Source: a bacterium (GTDB lineage: Bacteria; Bacillota; Clostridia; Christensenellales; SUG1161). Taken from it: a stretch of DNA of 46,115 bases. The stretch is from assembly GCA_029006015.1 (NCBI GenBank), contig JAQXFY010000066.1:1-46115 (forward strand). Direction: 5' to 3'. The first letter of the stretch is position 1. The number at the start of each line of letters is the position of its first letter. Below are positions 37,996-46,115 of this stretch, piece after piece. A program made the position numbers and the translations under genes. Below the pieces are notes generated by a model, which saw nothing but the letters and a program-made list of their open reading frames with translations, did not search any database and had not been told where the DNA came from.

Positions 37996-39048
37996 ATGAG
38001 CATGAACATTGTGGTATTATCGGGCGGCATCAGCACGGAACGCGCGGTTTCTTTATCCTCGGGCGCCATGGTTTGCCGGGCGCTCCGGGAAGCCGGGCAC
38101 CGCGCGGTGCTTGTCGATTCGTTTATGGGTATGGAAAATCCGCCGGTAGATCCGGCGGCAGCCTTTGAGCAGCTTGCCGATATTGGGCAGGCTGTTATTG
38201 ATGCGCAGGAGCCGGATCTGGATAAAATTCGTGCCTCCCGCCCGGCCGACGGAATGGGCAATATCGGCCCGGGCGTGCTGGAAATTTGCCGGGCGGCGGA
38301 TATTGTATACATGGGCCTGCATGGCGAGGACGGCGAAAACGGCCGTATGCAGGCGCTGTTTGATGTGCTGGGCATCCGTTATACCGGCACGGGGTATCTG
38401 GGCAGCGCGCTGGCCATGCACAAGGGCCTGGCCAAGGGCGTTATGGCCAAAGCCGGCATCCGCGTGCCGGGCGGGATCACGCTAAAACAGGGCGATGGTA
38501 TCGCCCGGGCGGAAGAAATGGGCTTTCCGCTGGTGGTCAAACCCTGCAGCGGGGGCTCCAGCATCGGGGTCAGCATCGTTGCCAATGTGGAGGAGCTGAT
38601 GCGCGCGCTGGAGCAGGGCTTTACCTATGAAAAAGAAATTGTTGTAGAGCAGTATATCCGCGGGCGGGAATTTTCCCTTGGCCTGCTGGATGGGCAGCCG
38701 CTGCCCCCCATCGAGATTATCCCGCGGGAGGGCTTTTACGATTATGCCCATAAATACCAAAAGGGCTGGACGCAGGAAATCTGCCCCGCCCAGCTGGAGG
38801 CGGGCAAAACGCGCGATATGCAGGAAATGGCCGTGCAGGTGTGGGAGGCCCTTGGGCTGTCGGTCTATGCCCGGGTGGATTTTATTTTGGAGGAAACCAC
38901 CGGCCGGCTCTATTGCCTGGAGGCCAATACCCTGCCCGGCATGACGCCGACCAGCTTGCTGCCGCAGGAGGCTGCGGCCGTGGGCATCGGGTATAACCAG
39001 CTTTGCCAGCGCATCGTGGCGCTTTCGATGAAAAAATACGGGGGCTGA
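37996..39048 (+). CDS. ddl: D-alanine--D-alanine ligase
   Basis: GGISTERAVS, LHGEDGENG, KPCSGGSSIG, FYDYAHKY, EANTLPGMT. Confidence 0.95.
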   Translation: MSMNIVVLSGGISTERAVSLSSGAMVCRALREAGHRAVLVDSFMGMENPPVDPAAAFEQLADIGQAVIDAQEPDLDKIRASRPADGMGNIGPGVLEICRAADIVYMGLHGEDGENGRMQALFDVLGIRYTGTGYLGSALAMHKGLAKGVMAKAGIRVPGGITLKQGDGIARAEEMGFPLVVKPCSGGSSIGVSIVANVEELMRALEQGFTYEKEIVVEQYIRGREFSLGLLDGQPLPPIEIIPREGFYDYAHKYQKGWTQEICPAQLEAGKTRDMQEMAVQVWEALGLSVYARVDFILEETTGRLYCLEANTLPGMTPTSLLPQEAAAVGIGYNQLCQRIVALSMKKYGG

Positions 39049-39052
39049 GCGC

Positions 39053-40426
39053 ATGAAGCCGATGACCGTCCAGCAGGTTGTATCCGCATGCGGCGGCACG
39101 TTTTTGGGGCCGCAGGATATGCTTTCCAGCCCCATCTCGGGCATTGCCATCGATAACCGCAAGGTAAGTGCGGGAAATTTGTTTATCCCCATCCGGGGTG
39201 AACGCTTTGATGGGCACGATTTTATCCCCGCAGCCTTTGAAACCGGTGCGCTGGTATGCCTGTCCAGCCGGCCGCTGGAAGGGGATTATCCCTGCATCCG
39301 GGTGGCCGATACCCAGGATGCCCTGCAGGATATCGCCGCTTTTTACCGGGGGTTGTTTGCCATCAAGGCTATCGGCATTACGGGAAGCGTCGGCAAAACC
39401 ACCACCAAGGAAATGATTGCCAGCGTTTTGTCCCAGCGCTTTCGGGTGTGCAAATCCCCGGGTAACCTTAACAACCAGATTGGCGTGCCCCTTACGCTTT
39501 TTGGCTTGCAGCCGGGCGACCAGGTGGCCGTTATCGAAATGGGCACCAACCATTTTGGCGAGATCGACCGCCTGGCGCGCATGGTGCAGCCCGATGTATG
39601 CTTTTTAACCAATATTGGCGAAGCGCATATCGAGCACCTGGGCTCGCGCGCAGGCATTCTTCGGGCCAAGTGCGAAATGCTTGCCCATATGAAACCCGGT
39701 GGCCGGGTCTATGTAAATGGCGATGATGATATGCTGCGCACCCTGGCCCGCTCCCGGGGCGATGTGGTTACCTTTGGCCTGGATGAGGGCAATGATATCC
39801 GGGCGCTGGATGTGCAGGATATGGGGCTGGAGGGCATGCACTTTACCGCTTGCGTGGAGGGCCGGCGGCTGGAGGTGCTTGTTCCCTCGCCGGGCAGGCA
39901 CATGGTGCTAAACGCCCTGGCAGCCATTGCGGCCGGCCGCGAGCTGGGGCTGGATACCGATGAGATCCGGCGCGGCATCGCCGCCTACCAGCCGGTGGGC
40001 GGCCGCATGAAGATCGAGCGCGCCGGCGGCATCACCGTTTTAAACGATGTGTATAACGCCAATCCCGGCTCGGTCCGGGCGGCCATCGATGTGCTGGCCC
40101 ATGCGCAGGGCCGCAAGGTTGCCATCCTGGGCGATATGCTGGAGCTTGGCGAACAGGCGATGGCATATCACCGGCAAATCGGGGAATATGCCGCCGCGGC
40201 GGGGCTGGATGCGCTATATTGCGTAGGGCCGCTGTCGCAAAGCATGGCGCAGGGCGCGCGCCAAGCGGGTATGGCATGCGTGCAGCATGCTGCCGATCAG
40301 CAGGGCCTGCTTTTGGGCTTGCCCGGGCAGATCATGCCGGGGGATACCGTGCTGGTTAAGGCTTCCCGCGGAATGGGGCTGGAAAAAACCGTTGCCTTCC
40401 TGCTGGAGCATGCGCAGCAGCCGTAA
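39053..40426 (+). CDS. murF: UDP-N-acetylmuramoyl-tripeptide--D-alanyl-D-alanine ligase
   Basis: GITGSVGKTTTKE, NNQIGVP, DVYNANP, GDMLELG, VKASRG. Confidence 0.97.
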   Translation: MKPMTVQQVVSACGGTFLGPQDMLSSPISGIAIDNRKVSAGNLFIPIRGERFDGHDFIPAAFETGALVCLSSRPLEGDYPCIRVADTQDALQDIAAFYRGLFAIKAIGITGSVGKTTTKEMIASVLSQRFRVCKSPGNLNNQIGVPLTLFGLQPGDQVAVIEMGTNHFGEIDRLARMVQPDVCFLTNIGEAHIEHLGSRAGILRAKCEMLAHMKPGGRVYVNGDDDMLRTLARSRGDVVTFGLDEGNDIRALDVQDMGLEGMHFTACVEGRRLEVLVPSPGRHMVLNALAAIAAGRELGLDTDEIRRGIAAYQPVGGRMKIERAGGITVLNDVYNANPGSVRAAIDVLAHAQGRKVAILGDMLELGEQAMAYHRQIGEYAAAAGLDALYCVGPLSQSMAQGARQAGMACVQHAADQQGLLLGLPGQIMPGDTVLVKASRGMGLEKTVAFLLEHAQQP

Positions 40427-40759
40427 GAAGCATGCGATAGCGTTTTGCGGGGCGCCCGTCCGACAGGTTCCCCCGCCGGGCGTTTAAAAGATCGGGATAC
40501 GCAATGCTTTATTGCCCCCAAATAGAATCAATAAGGGGCCATGTACCGTCATATCAACGGCGGTAACCAAGCGCCCCCCCACGGAGCGGGATTGGGCCGG
40601 CCAGGTTGCCATGGCGGGCAGGCTCAGGGCGGCCCGCCCGGCATGCGTGTTTGCCATTGCATGTTGGGTGGATATTGTGTATGATAATTTCTATGCGCTT
40701 GTTTCCGCAAATCTACGGGCATTGCCCGGTTGGCCGGTGCTCCCGGCGGGGAATAAAAC

Positions 40760-41728
40760 ATGGATCAAGTAGAAAAATCGGAATCCCCGGATACACTTCA
40801 GGAGGATGCTGCCTATATCCGGCGGCGCAAGATGGTCAGCCTTTTTTCCTTTGCGGTGTTGATCGTGTTTTTTTTGCTGGTTTTTTATTTTATAGGCAGG
40901 CCGATGATTGCCATGCTCAAGCAGCCGGAGCATTTTCGGGCATGGGTGGATGACCACGGCATGCTGGGCTGGCTGGCCATGATCGGCATGATGGCCTTGC
41001 AGATTATCGTGGCGATTATCCCCGGGGAACCCATGGAACTGGGCGCCGGGTATGCCTTTGGCTGCCTGGAGGGAGCCATTTTATGCCTGACAGGCGCGTT
41101 GATCGGCTCTGCAGTGGTGTATTTGTTTGTGCGCCGCTTTGGCATTAAGATGGTGGAAGCCTTTGTTTCCCGGGAAAAGCTGCATTCCGTTAAGTTTTTA
41201 AATAATAACAAAAAACTGGGCCTGCTGGTGTTTATTATATTTTTTATTCCGGGCACGCCCAAGGATGTTATTACCTACTTTATAGGGCTTACCCCTATGA
41301 AGCTGAGTACTTTTTTGCTGATTTCAACCATCGGCCGCATTCCGTCGGTGCTGACCTCGACCATCGCCGGCAATGCCCTGGGCACCATGGAATATAAGAT
41401 GGCCATTATTGTCTTTTCCGTTACGGCGGTCATCAGCGCGCTGGGTATCTGGCTGTACCGCGTGCTAACCAGGCATCAGGACAAAAAGATGCAGCAGGAG
41501 CAGGCGGTGGAAAATGAGGGGCAAGCTGCCTGCCGGCAGGCGGCGATGTGCGACGGGGAACCCCCGTCCGCTGCGGATGGCGCCGGCGCCATGGATATGC
41601 AGCCGGAAGGCAAAATGGCTTTGCAGGAGGAGGCGCCGCAGCAAGTGCCTTTGGAATTGCACGGCCGCACCGGTGCGCGCAGGCCGATATTGCCGGCTTC
41701 ACCCAAGGCCGATAAAAAGCAGGCATAG
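40760..41728 (+). CDS. TVP38/TMEM64 (DedA/SNARE-associated) membrane protein
   Basis: IIPGEPMELGAGYAFG, FIPGTPKD, IGRIPS; low-complexity C-terminal tail. Confidence 0.88.
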   Translation: MDQVEKSESPDTLQEDAAYIRRRKMVSLFSFAVLIVFFLLVFYFIGRPMIAMLKQPEHFRAWVDDHGMLGWLAMIGMMALQIIVAIIPGEPMELGAGYAFGCLEGAILCLTGALIGSAVVYLFVRRFGIKMVEAFVSREKLHSVKFLNNNKKLGLLVFIIFFIPGTPKDVITYFIGLTPMKLSTFLLISTIGRIPSVLTSTIAGNALGTMEYKMAIIVFSVTAVISALGIWLYRVLTRHQDKKMQQEQAVENEGQAACRQAAMCDGEPPSAADGAGAMDMQPEGKMALQEEAPQQVPLELHGRTGARRPILPASPKADKKQA

Positions 41729-41828
41729 GACGATTGCGGGGCATAGCCGGCCTGCCGCAACCGCTTGCGCCGGCTGTGACGGGACAAATGCACCCATGGA
41801 TGGGCTTACGGGAAAAGGGGAAAAAGGT

Positions 41829-42479
41829 ATGGCGTTTGATTTTAAAAAGGAATACCGGGAGTTTTATCTGCCCAAGGCTCAACCCGAAATCGTGGATGTT
41901 CCCGCTATGAACTTTGTCGCCGTGCGTGGCCAAGGCGATCCCAATCAGGAGGGCGGGGCATATCAACAAGCCATCGGTATTTTATATGCCATTGCTTTTA
42001 CCTTGAAAATGAGCGCCCGCGCCGGGCACGTTATTGAAGGGTTTTATGATTATGTGGTTCCTCCTCTGGAGGGCTTTTGGTGGATGCAGGACGGGGCGGA
42101 TATAGATTACCGGCGCAAACAGGATTTTGAATGGATTTCCGTCATCCGGCTGCCGGATTTTATACGGAGGATGGATTTTGATTGGGCGGTAGCGGAAGCC
42201 GCGAAAAAAAAGAAACAGGATGTTTCAAAGGCGGAATTTTATTCCTGTGTGGAAGGTGCCTGTGTGCAGTGCATGCATATCGGGCCATATGATAAAGAAT
42301 CGGACACCATCCGCCTGATGGAGGCCTTTGCCGGGGATAAGGGCTATGCCATTGATATAACGCCCCGGCGCCATCACCACGAAATCTACTTATCCGATGC
42401 GCGCAGGTGCGCCCCTGAGCGGCTGAAAACCGTTATCCGCCTTCCGGTGCGCCCCTTAAAGCCCTGCCCGGGGAATTGA
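41829..42479 (+). CDS. GyrI-like small-molecule-binding protein
   Basis: FDFKKEYREFY.PK, VRGQGDPN, VVPPLEGFWW, HIGPYD, HHEIYLSD. Confidence 0.88.
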   Translation: MAFDFKKEYREFYLPKAQPEIVDVPAMNFVAVRGQGDPNQEGGAYQQAIGILYAIAFTLKMSARAGHVIEGFYDYVVPPLEGFWWMQDGADIDYRRKQDFEWISVIRLPDFIRRMDFDWAVAEAAKKKKQDVSKAEFYSCVEGACVQCMHIGPYDKESDTIRLMEAFAGDKGYAIDITPRRHHHEIYLSDARRCAPERLKTVIRLPVRPLKPCPGN

Positions 42480-42627
42480 GTTTTTTGCCCGCCTTGGGCA
42501 ACATGCCGGGGACGGAAACGGCCAAATGTGCGTGCGATCCGGCCCGGTTTTGTGCCCACATGCTGTGCTTGCTGCAAACCAAAAGCTCATCAGGGAAGGT
42601 GCGCCGGAGGGAAATATGACTGATATG

Positions 42628-42665
42628 AAAAGCCCCCATGCGGCCGGAGCGCTGCATGGGGGGTT
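42628..42665 (-). terminator. Terminator of the QueG-like gene
   Basis: CCCCCATGC/GCATGGGGG stem followed by TTTT on the minus strand. Confidence 0.55.
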
Positions 42666-42707
42666 GTGTGGTATGGAAAACAAGGTGGAAGCGCAGCAAA
42701 CAGGCGG

Positions 42708-43685
42708 CTATCCCAGCGATGACAAGCGGGAAATGGCCCAGCGGGCATGCTCGCGCACGGCGGGGGAGGGGCTGTCTGCATGGGGCAGCAGCAGGGGCAG
42801 GTATTTGGGATCGCCCGTATTGCCGGCGGCCAGCGCTGCCGCGGAACGCAGGCGCGAGGCGGTAACATAGTTTTTGCCCAGCCAGCCTGCGCAGGTGTTG
42901 ACGCGGCTGCGCATGGCCGGGTTATCATCGGCTAAAATACCGGAAATGGAAAAAAACTCGGCATATCCAGGCGGAAGGGCGGTTGTCGCCATGCCGCGTG
43001 TGGCGGGGCAGGTCGCCTGGCAGCGGTCGCACCCAAAGGCCTGCAGGCCAACGCAGGGGCGAAGCGGCTCGGGCACAATGCTCAGCATGTGGCGGCGCAG
43101 GCAATTTTCGTCGACGGAGCCATCCCCGGCCAGCGCCTTTGCCGGGCAGGCGCGCATGCAGGCCAGGCAGGGGCCGCAGCCTATTAATTCGTGCGGCTGG
43201 GGCACATCGGGAACCTCCAGCCCGATGGCCAGAACGGCCAATACCACCCGGCTGCCAAAGCCATGCCAATGGAATAAGCCGTTTTTTCCAAAAAAACCGG
43301 CGCCGCTGCGGTAAGCGGCCGGCTTTTGCGGCAGCAAATGGGCTACCTGGGCCGTAAGGCCGGCCTGGGTCAGCGCTTCCGCCAGGCGGGGGGCGGCATG
43401 GTAGCATTGCTGGGAGGCAAAATAATAGGAAGGCACCTGCAAACAATCCGGGGGATACATCGCAAAAGGGGTATACGGATAGGCCAGCACCAATAACCCG
43501 CCGGCAAACGGATAGGCCTTGCGCGGATCGTGCTCCAGGCCAAAAGGCGTGGGCGATGGATCAAAGGCAGAGGCCTCGCGCAGCCAATCCAAAAAGGGCG
43601 CAGGGGAACACGGGGCTGCCCCCGCAAAGCCAAAAGATTGCCAGATGGGTTCGTAAGGCGCAAGTGCGCGCAGCGCATTTTCCAT
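42708..43685 (-). CDS. Epoxyqueuosine reductase QueG-like cobalamin/Fe-S protein (divergent)
   Basis: GFAG, SGAGFFGKNG, FGSRVVL, CGPCLACMRACP, NC, GCDRCQATCP, HEAT-like C-terminus VREHARWA. Confidence 0.75.
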   Translation of the reverse strand: MENALRALAPYEPIWQSFGFAGAAPCSPAPFLDWLREASAFDPSPTPFGLEHDPRKAYPFAGGLLVLAYPYTPFAMYPPDCLQVPSYYFASQQCYHAAPRLAEALTQAGLTAQVAHLLPQKPAAYRSGAGFFGKNGLFHWHGFGSRVVLAVLAIGLEVPDVPQPHELIGCGPCLACMRACPAKALAGDGSVDENCLRRHMLSIVPEPLRPCVGLQAFGCDRCQATCPATRGMATTALPPGYAEFFSISGILADDNPAMRSRVNTCAGWLGKNYVTASRLRSAAALAAGNTGDPKYLPLLLPHADSPSPAVREHARWAISRLSSLG

Positions 43686-43916
43686 GTTATACCCTTTCTT
43701 TTTGCCTGGGGAAAGGCGATAGCCCAAAGGGGGCCTGCCGTATCAAACGGCATGCGTACAGGGCTGCCTGATGCGTGTTTGCATGCCCGCCGTTTTCTTT
43801 CCCGGAATGCTTTTATTTTACGCGGATTGTGTTTTTGATGCAATTGTTGCTTTACAACAAGGGCCAGGTTCGTGTACACTATAGGGGCAGAAATTGGATA
43901 GAAAGTGGGGAAACAC

Positions 43917-45227
43917 ATGACCTTCGTCAAGGAAAAACTGCGCGTGGCCATTGTTGGGCTGGGGCACCGCGGCACCGGCATGATGCAAATGATCCTGGGC
44001 ATGCCCGATGTTGAAGTGGTGGGCATTTCGGATCTGATCGAGCACCGCCTGGAGCGCGGCAAGCGCATCGTCAAGGAAAAAACCGGCAAGGATGTGCAGG
44101 CCACCGCCGATTATCAGGAGCTTTTAAAAACCGGGGATCTGGATGCGGTATTTGTATTTACCTCGTGGCAGATGCATACCCGCGTGGCGTGCGATGCCAT
44201 GCGTGCCGGCGTCTATGTGGCAACCGAGGTGGGCGGCGCCTCCAGCCTGGAGGAATGCTGGAACCTGGTGCGCGCTTCCGAGGAAACCGGCATGCCGTGC
44301 ATGATGCTGGAAAATGTTAACTACGGCCAGCACGCCCTCGCCCTGATTAACATGGTGCGCCAGGGCCTGTTTGGCGAGCTTATCCATTGCGCCGCCGGTT
44401 ATCAGCATGATCTGCGCGATGAGATTGGCCTGGGGCGCGAAATCGAGCATTATCGCTTTGATCATTTCCGCCTGCGCAATGCGGAGTTGTATCCCACCCA
44501 TGGCTTGGGGCCGATGGCCAAAATACTGGATATCAACCGCGGCAACCGCTTTTTGACGTTGACTTCCACGGCGACCAAGGCCTGCGGCATGGAAAGCTAT
44601 TATGCCAATTCCCGAAAGGCGACCAACTCCTGGGTTGTTGAAACGCTGGAGCGGGATTACAAGGGCGTCTGGCCGGAAAAGCAGGAAAATTATGATATGA
44701 TCGGCCAGCGTTTTGCCCAGGGCGACGTGGTAACCACCGTTATCAAGTGCGCCGGCGGGCAGACCATCACCCTGTATCACGATTGCACGTTGGCCCGCCC
44801 GCGGCTTTCCAACAACCGCGTGCAGGGCACCAAGGGCATCTGGAGCGATGATGCCAAATCCATTTATTTTGATGGCATCAGCCCCGATCCGCACAAGTGG
44901 GAGGAAGCTGCGCCCTACTTTGAAAAATACAACCACCCCCTGTGGCTGGAGCACCAGAAGGATCTGGATCAGGGCGGCCATGGCGGCATCGATTTTATCG
45001 TGGTGCGCGCGTTTGTTGATGCGGTCAAGCGTCAGGTGCAAACGCCCATCGATGTATATGATACCGCTTCCTGGATGGCGGTCACCGCGCTGAGCGAGCA
45101 ATCCATCGCCATGGGCGGCCACCCCGTCGCCTTCCCGGATTTCACCTCCGGCCTGTGGGTCAACCGCGAACCGGTGGTGCCCGGCAAATATGCGCTGGAT
45201 TATGTGCATACGGAGTATTTTGAGTAA
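43917..45227 (+). CDS. Gfo/Idh/MocA oxidoreductase, GH109 alpha-N-acetylgalactosaminidase-like
   Basis: VGLGHRG, TSWQMH, ATEV, MMLENVNY, YQHDLR, YPTHGLGP, GGHGGID, FPDFTSG; no signal peptide. Confidence 0.85.
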   Translation: MTFVKEKLRVAIVGLGHRGTGMMQMILGMPDVEVVGISDLIEHRLERGKRIVKEKTGKDVQATADYQELLKTGDLDAVFVFTSWQMHTRVACDAMRAGVYVATEVGGASSLEECWNLVRASEETGMPCMMLENVNYGQHALALINMVRQGLFGELIHCAAGYQHDLRDEIGLGREIEHYRFDHFRLRNAELYPTHGLGPMAKILDINRGNRFLTLTSTATKACGMESYYANSRKATNSWVVETLERDYKGVWPEKQENYDMIGQRFAQGDVVTTVIKCAGGQTITLYHDCTLARPRLSNNRVQGTKGIWSDDAKSIYFDGISPDPHKWEEAAPYFEKYNHPLWLEHQKDLDQGGHGGIDFIVVRAFVDAVKRQVQTPIDVYDTASWMAVTALSEQSIAMGGHPVAFPDFTSGLWVNREPVVPGKYALDYVHTEYFE

Positions 45228-45248
45228 CCTTTGGCGCTGTTTTGGGGC

Positions 45249-45281
45249 AAAGGGGTGCGGCGTAAGCCGCGCCCCTTTTTT
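45249..45281 (+). terminator. Intrinsic terminator
   Basis: AAAGGGGTGCGGC-GTAA-GCCGCGCCCCTTTTTT. Confidence 0.85.
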
Positions 45282-45608
45282 ATGCCCCGACAGGCTGTTG
45301 CGGCAAAAAACGGCAGGGCGCGGGGATGGGCAAATGCCTTGGCCCAGGGGCTTCCTTAACCCGGCAGGTTGGGTTGGGGCAGGGCGCGTGCGCCATCCGC
45401 TGCAGATGTTAGGCGCGTTTTACAGGCAAGTATAGGGGGATTAAGCGGCTATATGGGCCGACAGCACCTGCCGAATTAAGGAAAATGGTGAAAAATGAAG
45501 GAAAAACATGAAAAAACAGATATTTTTGCGCGGTAAAATGATAGCGGATATGCTATCATAGAATGGTAGAGATCCTGCCGGAAGGAAAAATTTAAAGAAG
45601 GTGATTCG

Positions 45609-46115
45609 ATGCGGGCCGATGGAAAAAGGCTAAAGAACATCGAACCGACGCAGCGGTTGGCCCCCTATTTCATGCCGCGCCGCTTTGATGCCATGAACAT
45701 GATTACGCTGGATATCCCGCTTGCCCCCATCCGTCAATACCTGGGCGATGTTCGGCGCAGGGGCCATGTGGTTAGCCACATGGGGCTGATTATCGCAGCT
45801 TATTTGCGGACGGTAGCGGAATTTCCCTATCTTAACCGCTTTGTTATCAACAAACGTGTATATGCGCGCAGGGAGTTTGCCGTCAGCATGGTGGTGCTCA
45901 AACCCGAAAACAAAGGGGAAACCACCTCCAAGGTGTTTTTTGATTTGAACGATACCCTGTTTGATGTGCAGCGCAAAATGGACCGGTATATTGCGGAAAA
46001 CCGCGCGCCGGAATCGGCCAATTCCACCGACGCGGCCATGGAAACCTTTTTGCGCATGCCGGGCATCATGCGCGTGGGCATTGGGTTTATGAAATGGCTG
46101 GATAAGCATGGCTGG
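45609..46115 (+). CDS. 2-oxo-acid dehydrogenase E2-like acyltransferase (catalytic domain only), 3'-partial
   Basis: Absent from the ORF track because it runs off the window end. ATG 45609 after GAAGGTGA translates as MRADGKRLKNIEPTQRLAPYFMPRRFDAMN...IIAAYLRTVAEFPYLNRFVINKRVYAR...WLDKHG. Confidence 0.72.
   Translation, partial: MRADGKRLKNIEPTQRLAPYFMPRRFDAMNMITLDIPLAPIRQYLGDVRRRGHVVSHMGLIIAAYLRTVAEFPYLNRFVINKRVYARREFAVSMVVLKPENKGETTSKVFFDLNDTLFDVQRKMDRYIAENRAPESANSTDAAMETFLRMPGIMRVGIGFMKWLDKHGW

Noticed and set aside
37996-39048. ddl as a VanA/VanB-type resistance ligase
   Set aside because: The omega loop FYDYAHKY keeps the Tyr typical of D-Ala-D-Ala ligases; it is paired with murF and there is no vanH/vanX.
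42585-42870. SAM-I-like words (ATCAGGGAAGG...GGAGGGA) and an RBS+ATG ORF antisense to the QueG-like gene
   Set aside because: The remaining SAM-I elements (GCAAC, AGAT) and a downstream same-strand gene are missing, and the ORF crosses a terminator hairpin.
1-46115. CRISPR array, IS element, prophage or defence system
   Set aside because: No regularly spaced repeats, transposase, integrase, phage or recognisable defence genes were seen by eye.

Overview
A GC-rich chromosomal window, most likely from a spore-forming Clostridia-class Firmicute (inferred from the spoIIE-like gene, Coat_F gene with a sigma-G-type promoter, T-box riboswitch and mutS2). It is mostly housekeeping: partial spoIIE, T-box-pheST, a feoA-feoA-feoB cluster with a divergent DtxR/MntR-family regulator, mutS2-DUF523, a two-component system with htrA, tRNA-Val(CAC), serC-serA, ddl-murF, a QueG-like gene, a GH109-like gene and a partial stand-alone E2-like acyltransferase. 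I found no integrase, transposase, prophage or CRISPR array. The best candidates for an uncharacterised system are: (1) an ABC-DUF1854-ABC operon in which both transporters carry a long N-terminal domain plus a CxxC...CxxC zinc ribbon, behind a promoter overlapped by a perfect palindrome; (2) a cytoplasmic beta-helix/epimerase/DUF1015 operon converging on serC-serA; (3) three copies of a GGTTAG-N6-CTAAC operator around the feo genes; (4) QueG-like and alpha-hydroxy-acid oxidase-like enzymes with altered catalytic motifs. All family calls come from reading motifs by eye; no database search was run.
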